A stretch of 64,000 nt of DNA from Diplonema japonicum (taxonomy: Eukaryota; Protista; Euglenozoa: Diplonemea), in assembly GCA_964019335.1 (NCBI GenBank), contig OZ025679.1, forward strand, positions 1 to 64,000, read 5' to 3'. Every line of letters begins with the position of its first letter. Positions within the stretch are counted from its first letter, which is position 1. Shown in pieces: positions 47,501 to 58,799 of this stretch. Below the pieces are notes generated by a model. The model was not told the origin of the DNA and ran no database searches. It was given only the letters and a program-made list of their open reading frames with translations. The position numbers were made by a program, and so were the translations under genes.

Positions 47501-49626
47501 GAGGGCCTCCGGCTTTCATTCTCTTTTGGCCGACACGCCAAATTTGACTTCACCAGAACATCCAACGTCGACAGAAAGCGCACAGGCTTGATTGCATGCC
47601 ACGTTGTGGTGCAAAGGATGCTCGTGTGCTGGTGGAACTGGGTGTCTCCACAGGGTGCGCGTCCTTGGGCTTGCGGCCTCGCTTCTTTGGGGCATCCGTG
47701 AGTGATCTCCGGGAGGCCTTCGCGATAGGTAGAAGTCAGCACGCTTGTTTGTTTCGCTGTGGGAACACAGATTTCCCAGAATAGTCAAAAAGCGGTCTCT
47801 TGACATGACGGTGGCGTACCCAGGGGTGTGGTTGAGAGGCGTGGAGCCAGTGTGCCAGTAGTCAGAATAATCTGGCTTGATATCCAAGTCCATCGACAAA
47901 AGGGCACCTAGGAAGGTATGCAGAGCATTTGCCACATTGTTCGAAGTTATGACCCGAATAACGTTTGGGACGAGCATTTGGGAGAATATATGGAATGGCG
48001 TTGAGCCTCTGATGTCAAAACAGGGTCCACAAGGATTCCGATCTTCACGAAACCGGATGCCTTCCAACTCCTCCGGCTTTGCCGTCCAATCACCCTGCTG
48101 TGACTCGGAATCGGTCGAATTCGAATCAGAATCACTGTCCGTATCAAAATTGCATAATAGGGATGAGCCATCAGTGCTACCATCACTCATAATGTCCTCT
48201 TCCGGCCTCTTTCTGGGTGCCCTTTTTTGAAGTGATTTTTAAGGGTAAATTTAGGCTGGCGTTTTTTTTTATTTTTTCATTTTCTTACAAAGTTAGGGCA
48301 GCATTTAGTTTATATTTTTCATATTTTCCGCGCAGGACCCCGGATGCGAGAAGTGTCCGGGCTGTATTGCATTGAAAGCCCTTTGCGCAAAAGATTTTTT
48401 TTCAAATCGTCTCTATAAAGACGCTCGTTGGTAGATGGTTAACTAGTTAAATTATGGCGATTTCGCGTTAAATTATGAGGCCCCTAGTGAGTGAAGAAAA
48501 TGACGAAGAGTGAAATAAAGTAATTTTATCTGATAGTTTAGAAATTGATCACTTTCTCGGTCACTCCGCGTGACCGAGAAAGTGGGCCAAAAACTCAAAA
48601 CCAAATTATGAGCTATCAACTGTCAATAATAGCTATCAAATTATGAAAAACGGCCTATTTTCAGCTGATTCAGGCAGAAGTGCGGGGGCCCTACACATTT
48701 TTAGTCCCCCGGACAACCCTGTTGACCTGTGACATTGCACCTTTCCAGGTTGTAGTTCTCCGTTACACGAAGACCCCCGAAGAAACCGCATACAAACAGC
48801 ACGGTACAGCAAGAAGCAGTTCAGCGGCCCAGACATGAGCTCCTCGAAATCCTCCCGTTTGAAAGTAGATGCTTTCGTCTTTGGGGGCCCTTGTTCTTCA
48901 GCACGCTTGCAAAAAAGTTTGACACGGTCCCATTCCCCAACCTTCTGGTTGCACTTTTCCTTTAAAACTGCCCTTATCTGGGAGTACTTGGTTCAAAGAG
49001 AAGAAGGGGCAGCGCCGTTTTTCTTCAGCTTCCTAAGATGAGCGAGAATGTCATCTTCAGTCGGTTCTTCGTCTTCCCACGAAAGTCAGCCCATGTTTTC
49101 AAGTACTGTGTTTTGCTTATTTCGGGTAGAAGACTCTCTTCCTTCTTCGTTTTCGGCATTTGATGTTTTTATTTTTGATGATCTTGAGCTCAAATGTTTA
49201 AAAAAGAATTTCACTCTGCCCCCAATAATGTCACTTTCCCCCCTATAATTTGGCAGCCACGGGCCATCAACACCTAATACCTGCCCATAATTGAGCTATC
49301 AAATTATAGCCCCGGATTATCAAATTATGAGAGGGGGGGTAATCAGATTATAGGGGGGGTTAGGAGTGAAGAAATTCCTGAACTATCAGATAAAAAAAAA
49401 AAACGGAACAAAAAAAAAAAAACAGCCGGGCCAATATGGGATCGTGTGGATATTGTTCACCCTCCTTATGTGTGTCCTTTTTATCTTGCACGTGTGGTGG
49501 TTCCATCTCTTCATGAAAATCGCCTTCGGTATTGCCAAGAACGGATCAGGTGAGGACCTAACGGAAGAACGCGAAGCAGCCAAGGCCAAGCTCCGAAACG
49601 ACATCGAATCAGGCCGCGCCGACTAG
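44412..49626 (+). CDS. Ceramide synthase (Lag1/TLC domain), 5 exons
   Basis: Exons 44412-44461, 45430-45607, 45645-45926, 45972-46202 and 49426-49626 are in frame. Lag1 motif RRTDFMTMMIHHVVT...GMLVLLVHDASD, then WFYYRL and LHVWWF. Confidence 0.9.
44514..45410 (-). mobile_element. Decayed Crypton-like tyrosine-recombinase element in intron 1 of the ceramide synthase
   Basis: Frameshifted minus-strand peptide PTEDELV*YF..TIWASYSKINAI..FPRVALLLKRFEEGHEVKKASVFSQEQM..ASGMRTKE (44753-45200). Terminal hairpins at 44517-44671 and 45243-45319; 24-bp inverted repeat 44693-44716/45378-45401. Confidence 0.72.
46220..49390 (-). mobile_element. Second decayed Crypton-like element in intron 4 (host of the piggyBac)
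   Basis: Minus-strand relic 49159 to ~48720: MPKTKKEESLLPEISKTQYLKTWADF / PTEDDILAHL..APSSL*TKYSQIRAVL..KTKASTFKREDF / GFFGGLRVTENYNL. Shares attatttcactc/cataattt motifs with element 1; hairpin at 48550-48584. Outer boundaries approximate. Confidence 0.7.
46672..48438 (-). mobile_element. Internally deleted piggyBac transposon with TTAA target-site duplication
   Basis: TTAA|CCATCTACCAACG ... CGTTGGTAGATGG|TTAA (13-bp perfect TIR). Transposase relics FLGALLSM..DYW..VMSRDRFLTIL, WHAIKPVRFLST, YNTAMGGTD, KWPLKVFSYLLD..ANAW and Cys-rich CKHC..CSACLVQLC..FKDYH, broken by frameshifts. Confidence 0.92.
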
Positions 49627-49815
49627 CAAGTGTAAGCTGAGGGAAAGACAATAGATATTTTTTTAGTCAAAAGAAAAAAAAAATGTTTTCCCCGTATCCT
49701 TTTTTTTTTCTTTTTTTTTCTTTTTTTTTTTCTTTTTTCTTTTTTTTCTTTTTTTTTTCTCTTGTCTTTGACCTGTCTCCCCCTCTTTTTTTTTTTTCTT
49801 TTTTTTCGGAATTAA

Positions 49816-50210
49816 CCCTTAGACGCCCAGGGGGGGGGGGGGGTAATTGATTTTCGAAAATTTTCAATTTTGGGTCTTTGTTGGCATTGGGTCAAACATG
49901 CTGAGTCTTGAGGTTATTTTTTGATTCGAGGTACGCATTTGAAAGATTTGAAAGATTAAGTCAAAAATCATGGAAAAATCATGAAAATCCGGAAAATACC
50001 CATTTTTGGTGTCACCCAGTGTCTCGGCACGTTCTGGGATGAAGTTATGAGGTTTCAGATGGATACAAATAGCGCATTTAACGCAGATTTTCAATATCTT
50101 TCCATTCCATCTTTTTTTTTATGAAAACCAATCCGAGGCTTTGGTCTAGATGACCACAGAACAATTACACCTATTAACTGCTTCTACAGAAGCAGTTGGG
50201 CGTTTAAGGG
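49816..50210. mobile_element. Non-autonomous piggyBac-type MITE
   Basis: TTAA|CCCTTAGACGCCCA ... TGGGCGTTTAAGGG|TTAA (13/14 TIR match), no coding capacity. Confidence 0.82.
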
Positions 50211-50285
50211 TTAAAAAAAAAAAATAAATATCAAGAAAATAGGAGGAGAGAAATAAAATAAAAAGAGAATCGTATCAGGTGAAGG

Positions 50286-50321
<36 letters not shown>

Positions 50322-51010
50322 AAGAAACAATTCTCAACTAACTAGAGCGACTACTACTAGATCTTGTAGTGGAATAGAAGAAAAAAAAAGATCAAAACTG
50401 AAAACGGAAGAAGAAGAAAAAAAAGAGAAATGAAAGTTATCCCTCTCCGTTGTGCTGGGCAATGCAGAGGAGAGGGGCTGCATCATGTCAAATGTGTGAG
50501 TGGTGATAAAAAGGTGGAATATGATTAAAAAACGATGATTTGGCCTACCCTCTGCATTGCACATTATGCCTAACCCACCACTCTCTGGCTGTTGTGTTTC
50601 TTGTCCAAAATGGTGACCTTCCCCCCCTCCCTCTTTTTTTACCCTTTGTGTCTTTCTTTCTCAAGTATTCCAACCACACACACAAATTCTTCTCTTTGTT
50701 CTATCACTTTTTTATTTTTATTTTTTATTTTCATACCTCCTTTCCTTACAGCTCCACCTCGTCCGTGCTTTCCCATTTTTTTTTTTACCCCCTTTTTTTT
50801 TATTCCTCCCGCCATCTCCAACAAGAAAGAATGGAGAACATTAAAAAAAAAAAAAAAAAACTGTCACATAAAAAAAAAAAAAAAAAATCACGAATTTGCT
50901 GGTTTGCCATTTGTCTCGTTCGCCATGCCTTCTCAATCAGGGGTCTATGAGAAGGAACGTAAGGGGGCGCTTGCCAGCTAACTGCAATATAAAAAAAAAA
51001 AGTTCTTGTC

Positions 51011-51041
<31 letters not shown>

Positions 51042-51045
51042 TAAA

Positions 51046-51425
51046 ATGGAAGCCAAGGTCTTACATATCATCGCCGCTTCCCTGGCTCTGCTGAGTTGGA
51101 TATTCCAAATAGTGGCAATGGCAGGAAGCACTGCCATGTGGAGCACCGACAATGATGTGAGCAAAGGGTGCGGGCTGTTCTCGTGTGATGGACCTGCCGT
51201 GTGTTCATGCAAGAGCACAGGCTGTGCGGAGTGTCCTCTGAGCCAGACATGCCCCGACAAGGTCACTGAAGGTCACTGCGAAGACCTCGCAGGGCATATC
51301 TCTGTGGCAGAGGCTTTCTCTGTTGTGGCCATTTTAGCAATGACTTTCGCACTCTTCCTGTGCATCCTGAAGCTCACTCCTATTGCCAAAAAAATCCCTG
51401 AAGGGGTATGAGAGTGATAAGTTGG

Positions 51426-51462
<37 letters not shown>

Positions 51463-51822
51463 CCACAGTGCATGAACACGCTGCAGTGCGCCCACATCAC
51501 GTCGGCCATCTTGTCCCTCATCACCTTTGCCTTGGTGGCTGCTTCTTACGACAGGGTATGGCAAAAGAAGGGGGAAAAAAAAAAAAAAAAAAAAACATTT
51601 CTTCCAGGAATTCTGCGGGTGCAAGGTTAAAGAGAACAGCTACGCGGAGTCAAGCCTCTCATACGGGTTTGCTTTCCTTGTCATCAACATGGTCTTCCAG
51701 ATCATTGCTGCGGTGCTTGCTGGAGCATCACAGGTATGGGCGAGATTTTAAAAAAAAAAAAAAAAAAAAAAAAGGCGATGGAAGGCTCGAGTGGAGGTGA
51801 CTACAATTCGTACTCGTCTTAG
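51046..51822 (+). CDS. Amastin/claudin-like tetraspan membrane protein, 4 exons
   Basis: Introns 51406-51468, 51556-51607 and 51734-51774; four hydrophobic helices; Cys-rich loop, C......VAEAFSVVAI and YGFAFLV motifs. Confidence 0.7.
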
Positions 51823-53163
51823 GGATAATGATTCGTGGAGGCAAGGAGGGGGGAAGAAGAAGAAAGCCACGAACTTTTTATTTATTTATTTGCCCCCTCT
51901 TCTTGTTTTTGTTTTTGTTTTTTTTTTTTTCGATTTTACAACAAAGTTCAAACCTTTTTCTTCTGGCAGCGCCTTTCTTTTTTTCTCTCTTTTCCGTTTT
52001 TTTTTTTTTTTTTTTTTTTTTCCTTTTTTTTTTTCCTTTCTTCTTCATGTCAATATTCCTTTTTGAAAGTCCTTCCATGGCTTTCTTTTTTTTTTTTTTT
52101 ATTATTTCTTTTTTTGTTTTTGTTTTTTACCTCTTTAGTTCCGCTTCCTCAGATATTTCTTGTCACCCTTCTTTGTCCTTCCCTCTAAGTTCTTCTTATG
52201 TCACTACTCAATTGAAGGGGGGAGGAAGAAGGAGAAAAGAGAGTAGGTTAATTTAAAAAAAAAAAATAAAAAAAATAGAAGGCAAGCTGCAGGATTCCTT
52301 TCTTTTTTTCTTTTTATAAGTTTCTTTTTTGTATATTTTCCCCATGGAGGGGTGATCGAGGTGCATAATATGTACACGGCGGTGGCCCTTGAAAAAAAAA
52401 AAAAAAAGAACAAGGGAGGAAGGAAAAGCCTATGGGAGGAATGGAAACAAGTCTCTACAAGGGGCAGTATTTGGTTACTGTCTTTCGAGACAAGGAAGCC
52501 CTGGGGAAGCATCGCAAGGCTTGCGTAGGTCATAAGACTTGAAATGGAGAAGAAGAAAAAAAAGAATTAGTTACAGAGTGATATGTGTGCAAGTATGTGT
52601 GCTAGGACTACTGAGGGCCATGCATATACCCCACCCCCCCCTCTTTTTTTCTCTCTTTTCTCCTGCTGTGTGTTAAAGAAACAAGAAAAAAATAAATCAA
52701 ACCCTTGATTGGGATATTTTTTACCCCCCCCTTATGTATCTCTTTTATTTTCCCTTTAACCCCTCCCCCTTTTTTTTGTTACCTGCGGGAATGGTGAACA
52801 ACGGGTAGGGACTGGGAAACGGTATAAATCGAATAAGGGGGAAAAACAAAAAGAAGAAGAAGGCAAGCCTGAGTGAAGGAGAGAAAAAAAAGAAAAAAAA
52901 AGCAAAGATAATTTATAAGGGAAGGGAATGACTGGAAACATGGAGAAGGAAACAAAGTGACAATGCCCTATTCTTCTTTCCCCCTCCCCTTATTCTTCTT
53001 GGTCCTCTCCAGTCCTTCCTCCTGCTGCTGTATACCATCCTATTGCTCCACTGTACCCGTTATCCTTCCCTCTTTCCGCTCAGCTTATATTTTCCCCCCC
53101 CCTTTTTCATATTCCCCTTTTTTTAATTCCATCTGTTTCAAAAACCAAACAGGGGGCACCTCC

Positions 53164-55118
53164 ATGGCCGCCGTCCCCTGCTCATACGGGTTAGCGGCTG
53201 TAAGTTCCCCATGGTTGTTTAAGCGGGCTGTGCAGGCAGCGAACACAGCTGAGAAGGAAGTTGCCATAGGTATCGATCTAGGGACGAAAAACTCTGTGGT
53301 GGGTGTGTTGCAGGGGGATAGTGTGGAGGTCATCAAGACCGATGGGGCCCCCACAATGCCCTCTGTGGTGTCGTACAGCCCAGACGGCGAGCGGCACGTT
53401 GGCAAGCCAGCCGTGGCACGCCTGCAGAAGGACCCCAGCAACACCATCTACGACGTGAAGCGCCTCATAGGAAGGACTTACAACGAGCGCGGCATCGCAG
53501 ACTCCAAGAAGATTCTCCCCTACGAGGTGGCTAAGGGCACCGCCAGCAGGGCCGTCATCCAGCTCCCCAACGGTACCATCATCCAGCCCGAGGAGGCTTC
53601 TGCCGCCATCCTCAGCAAGCTGAAGAGCTCTGCCGAAGCACACCTCAAGCGCCCTGTCACGAAGGCTGTTGTGACCGTCCCTGCGTACTTTAACGATGCC
53701 CAGCGTGCCTCCACCAAGGCCGCTGCGGAAATCGCCGGCCTCAAAGTACTACGTGTTATCAACGAGCCTACTGCTGCTGCTGTGGCACATGGGTACGGGG
53801 AGCCCACCAGCAGCACCGCACAGCGCAAGAACGTCCTTGTCTTCGACATAGGCGGCGGCACCTTTGACGTCTCGCTACTCGCAGTCGAGGGCGGTGTGCT
53901 GGAGGTGCTCGCTACGGCAGGCGACACACGCCTCGGCGGGCAGGACATCGACGTGGCCCTCATGCAGCACGTAATGAAGGACTTCAAGAAGCACCACAGC
54001 ATCGACCTCACCAACAACAAGAGTGCCATCGAGAGGCTCCGCAAGTCGTGCATCGCTGCCAAGCACGACCTCTCCACTTCGCTCATGAGCAAGGTCCCAT
54101 CCCCGCTGGGCGACCCTAACCACGTGAAGGGTCTCACGAGGAAAGAGCTGGAAAGCATAGCGAAGCCCGTCTTGCAAAAATGCCTCCCGCCAGTGACAAG
54201 GGTGCTGAAGGATGCCAAAGTGAAGAAGTCGCATGTCTCAGACATCCTGCTTGTTGGGGGCGTCACACGGATGCCTGCTGTGCGGGACATGGTCACCAAG
54301 TACTTCGGTCGGAAGGTCCTGTCGACGAAGGAGGTAGACCCCGACCTGGCAGTGGCGACGGGTGCTGCGATACAAGCAGCCAAGCTGTCGGGGGTGGGGG
54401 GTAAGACGAATAGCATCCTGCTGCTGGACGTGGCACCCCTCACGACAGGGATCGAGACGGAGGGCGGGTACATGACGCCTGTGATCGAGCGCAACACCCC
54501 CATCCCAGCACGGCAGTCGAAGCTGTTCACAACCACGAAGGACGCACAGTCCGCGGTCGACATCAGAGTTCATCAGGGCGAGCGCCCCAAAGCGAAGGAT
54601 AATTTCCTACTTGGAGAGTTCTCGCTGAAGGGCATCCCACCTGTGAAGAAGGGCGTGCCTAAGGTGAAGGTCACTTTCGACGTGGACGCCAACGGCATCC
54701 TCAAGGTGACGGCAGAGGACCAGGCGACGAAGAAGAAGAGCGACATCACCATCCACTCAAACAGCACCCTGACGCAGGATGACATCAAGCGCATGGTGGC
54801 CGACTCGCAGAAGCACAGCGAGGCAGACAAGAAGGTCACACAAGCACGGTCGCTGCGCGACGACCTGACGACCCTGATGGAGCGTGCCAAGGTATCTGAT
54901 GCAATGCAAACAAATATTAACGACAACAGACATCAGCGCAAGCAGTCCCCAAGAAGGAAGGCAGCGCCATCAGCACGGCAGTCAGCTCCGTCGAGTCGTG
55001 GCTGCAGAGCCCTGCTGCATCCACCGACACCGACAGCACCCTCAGCACCCTCGCCAGCAAGAAAAAGTGGCTAGAGGACAAACTCAACCAAACTCTGCAA
55101 TCTGTTTACAAAAACTAA
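53164..55118 (+). CDS. Divergent Hsp70 family chaperone
   Basis: GIDLGTKNS, TVPAYFNDAQR, INEPTAAA, VFDIGGGTFDVS and LVGGVTRMP motifs. Intron 54892-54929 gives C-terminus ...QSVYKN* (no EEVD or KDEL). Confidence 0.93.
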
Positions 55119-55412
55119 AAGAGGCGACTGTCTTGTCAACCGGCACAGGTGCCTCCGACGCTTGGGTGCCATACTCATGGTGTCACACGGTGGGCCCCGG
55201 TGTCCCTAGACAGTTCGGGTTTATTTCTTATTTTTGTACTCAAGAACAGGGGGGGGGGGAGAAAAAAGAGAAGGAAAAAAAAAAAAGCGAGGATCCCGTG
55301 GTAGCATGCAGCGCTCATCTCAGGATGTGCCGTGTGCACAAACAAATACTGTGTCCTGACTCTTTTTTCTTCTTCTTCTTTTTTTTTCTTCTGTTCTCCC
55401 CAGCTTTGCAAC

Positions 55413-55952
55413 ATGTTAACCATGCACAGCACAGGCCTCCCTCACACACTGCACTGCATGAAAGGAAAGGGATATGCTGTGGGGGCGCGCAGAGGCACAC
55501 CGGCACAGGCACAGGCACCTCAGGAGAAGAAACGAAGGAGGAGGAGAAGAAGGCGCAGGGTGAGGGTCGAAGACGAGGTGCAGAGGACAGTAGATGCCTT
55601 TTTTGAGGGCGGGACATGGGACGAGGTTGATATAGAAGACCCTCTAGTGCCCTTGGTGGTGCGGCTGACAGTGACGGGCAGGGACTTCACTCCTGAGGAC
55701 TACGAGCTGCTGCTGGAGTTGGACAGCAGCGTCGACAAGTCAGCTTCTGAGGCAGCAATGACACGTGTCGCATCGTTCACAGCAAAGCCACGTCACGCAG
55801 CAGGGGACCCTTGCTCCATCTGCCTGGACCCGTTTCGCACAGGGGACGCACTCTCGTCCCTGCCCTGCAGACACCTCTACCACAAGGCATGCGTAAAGAA
55901 GTGGCTGCGTTCCTACAACAAGTTCTGCCCGCTCTGCAGAATGGACGTGTGA
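55413..55952 (+). CDS. RING-H2 E3 ubiquitin ligase-like protein
   Basis: CSICLDPF...LPCRHLYHKACVKKWL...CPLCR; DFTPEDYELLLELD. Confidence 0.88.
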   Translation: MLTMHSTGLPHTLHCMKGKGYAVGARRGTPAQAQAPQEKKRRRRRRRRRVRVEDEVQRTVDAFFEGGTWDEVDIEDPLVPLVVRLTVTGRDFTPEDYELLLELDSSVDKSASEAAMTRVASFTAKPRHAAGDPCSICLDPFRTGDALSSLPCRHLYHKACVKKWLRSYNKFCPLCRMDV

Positions 55953-56305
55953 TACCCCTTTTAGTTAATTCTGGATTTTTTCGTGTCCCATTTAGTTATT
56001 GTTGTTGATCTCATGTGCTATATACTGTCCTTGCTCGTGCTGTCTTGAAGGTGGAGGTGGAGGAAGGGATATAGAAGGTCGTCCGCCCACGAAGAGCGGA
56101 GCCTCTCAAAGGAAGAGAAGGAAGGAAGTGAAAGAGAGATAATTGTTTCTATAGTCCCCCTAGTATTTTTTTTTCTTCTTCTTTCTTTCTCTCTTCTTGT
56201 TCTTTTCCTCTTTTCTCGTTTCCACATCATTATCCCCCCTCCCCTAGTTCCTCCTAGTATCCCCTTATGTTGCTTGTTTCAATCAAATTGCCCTGATAGA
56301 ACGAG

Positions 56306-56351
<46 letters not shown>

Positions 56352-56754
56352 GGAAAGTGCTGTGCCACTTGCCCATTTCACACCATCTTTCTTGCCATCC
56401 CCTTCTCCTCCCTGCCTTCGCCTCTGTCCGACTTTTTCAAGTCAATGCGTTGGAAAAAAAAAAAAAAAAAAAAAAAAAAAAACGAAACAAAAATGTGATT
56501 CCCTGTGTGGCCCCTTAGAACCTACTTGTTGGCCTCGGTTTGAAATGAGGATTTTTAACTTTTTTTTTTTATAGCATTTTTTTCTTCTTTTTTTTCTAAA
56601 AAAATGATTTTACACCTTGTGGCGATTTGTGTTGAGCAAAAAGAGGGGAGAAAAAAAAAAAAAAACCTTAGTAGCTCTTTCTAAGTTCCTTTTTTTCTTA
56701 CTCGTGCGAAGAACAAAAGACTTAAGTCATGAAGCTTATTTTCAGGTGGCGAGG

Positions 56755-56942
56755 ATAACATGGAAATATACGAAGTACATCAGATGTGTTGTTCGCTGTT
56801 GACTTCCTCGGTCATCACCGGTAGTGCCCGAGTTCAGGGTGACGAACAGGCAGCAAACTGCATGAGCGCCAAACTCAGCGATCTCTGCGCTCCTTGTAAT
56901 CAAGTTCTTGTGTTAGGCGCCGCCAACACCGGCCTCCTTTAA

Positions 56943-56945
<3 letters not shown>
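56755..56945. repeat. Isolated inverted copy of the 5'-cluster repeat unit
   Basis: atggaaatatacgaagtacatcagatgtgttgttcgctgttgac...aacaccggcctcctttaactc is the reverse complement of modules at ~1890-2110. Confidence 0.85.
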
Positions 56946-57013
<68 letters not shown>

Positions 57014-57409
57014 GAGCAAGTAAGCAGATGTTGTTGCAAGAAAATAAAAAGGGGGGGGGGGAGAGGGAGAATAGACACAGCTACTTTGTGTATCTTATTG
57101 TCGGCTTGCACACGAATTACTTTTAATGCAACCTCACAGTTAGAGCCACCCTTGGCAGCCACTGACAACAACACCAGAACCTAAGCTTTATTTTTTTTTT
57201 TTACTTGTGCAAAAAAAGAAAGAAAGAAAGAAAGAAAGAAAACATCTCTCCCACTTTTTTTTTTCTTTTTTTTTTCCCCCTCATTTTCTTTCTCTCACTT
57301 ACTCTTTTTGTTTCTTTCTCTTTTATTTTTTTTTCTTTTTTCTCTTTCCTCCCGAGATAAAAACGAAAAAGAAAAAAAAAGATCTCACCCCCCCCCCCCA
57401 ACCCACCCA

Positions 57410-57898
57410 ATGACTGAAGTGTCTGCCCATGTAGACCCTGCCCTTGTAGACCCTGCTGATGTTGTCGTTGACGAACTGTTTGCTGAGGTTGCGGAAGAGG
57501 TGTTGGAGGGGATGATGGAGGTGGAGACTTGTGTGGTGTGCTTTGAGGAAATGATGGGGGAGTGCATGGGGGTGACAGAGTGCAACCACCGGTTTTGCAA
57601 GATGTGCTTGGAGAAGATAAGGGAGACAAAGCCGTTCTGCCCGTTATGCCGGAGGAGGATAGGTCCTGACCCGCCTCACCTAGTACAGATAGAAGAGAAT
57701 GTGCTGCACCTACTCTTGCGCTTCCTTAGCGTCTCCTCGATGCTCCGGTCTCCCCAGCACGTAGCTGCCCCCGACACACGGCACGTCTTGCTGGATATCA
57801 TCCTCGGGATGTATGATGCTGAGATCCCGCAGGACCAGCCCACCAACCCCACTGCAGAACTTCCTGAAACCTTCATTCTAGCAGCTGGTGCTTTCTGA
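57410..57898 (+). CDS. RING (C3HC4) finger protein
   Basis: CVVC...CNHRFCKMC...CPLCR. Confidence 0.85.
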   Translation: MTEVSAHVDPALVDPADVVVDELFAEVAEEVLEGMMEVETCVVCFEEMMGECMGVTECNHRFCKMCLEKIRETKPFCPLCRRRIGPDPPHLVQIEENVLHLLLRFLSVSSMLRSPQHVAAPDTRHVLLDIILGMYDAEIPQDQPTNPTAELPETFILAAGAF

Positions 57899-57948
57899 GG
57901 TGAAGGGAAGGGGTTCGCGCCGCTTTTTTCGAGATTGATCTGTTATGG

Positions 57949-57983
<35 letters not shown>

Positions 57984-58253
57984 CGCGCTTTTTTTTTTTT
58001 TTTTTTTTTTTTTTTCTGCTACAGAAATTGGTCGGGATACGGGATTTTTTTTTTAAATTTAGAAAGGAAGAAGGGGGGGGGGGGGGGGAAGAAGAAAAAA
58101 ATATATCGTCAAAAGATAAAGTTCACTGCAAAATTTAGTTGTTCGATGGTTGATAGTTTATTTTCTTCCTTCTTCTTTTTTTCAATTTTCTCCTTCTTTT
58201 TCTTTTTGTTTTCTTCTTTCTACTTTTTTGCAGAAAGAAGAATGGGACAAAAG

Positions 58254-58286
<33 letters not shown>

Positions 58287-58799
58287 CCTCCTGCCTCTTT
58301 CTCTGCCTTTTCCTCTATTTTCTGCTTTTCTTTTTTTCGTTTTCTCTCCATTTACACGTTCTGCCTCTTTACTTCCTTTCCTTTTGTTTCTTTTTTAAGG
58401 TGTCTCGCGAAGACTTCTTTCCGTCTTTTTGCTGTTGCTAGCCTGACTAAGAAGGTCTTTTTTTTTTTTTTTTTTTTTTTTTTTATATTATTTCCTTCCG
58501 CAAGGCAACAGAAAAAAAAGAGATGAGAAGGGGGGGGGGGGGGAAGAAAATCGGTGAACAAAGGTTTAAGAAAAAAAAATCCTCCCGCTTTCTTGTGATT
58601 TCTTCATCCCCTTCTCATTTTTTTTTCTTCTTTTTTTTTTTTATTTTACCCCGGTCCAGCAGAGACATCAATGTCCTTTTGGTTGCCATTTTTCATTTTT
58701 TTTCCCATTTCTTTTTCGGGTGCCTCTTTTTCTTGCGCTTTCCCCTTCTTTCTATGACCCCTCTGCAGTGCCCCTGCTCTTATAACCCCTTAGGACACT

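Noticed and set aside
53520-54563. 347-aa minus-strand ORF
   Set aside because: Antisense open frames opposite Hsp70 genes are a well-known artefact.
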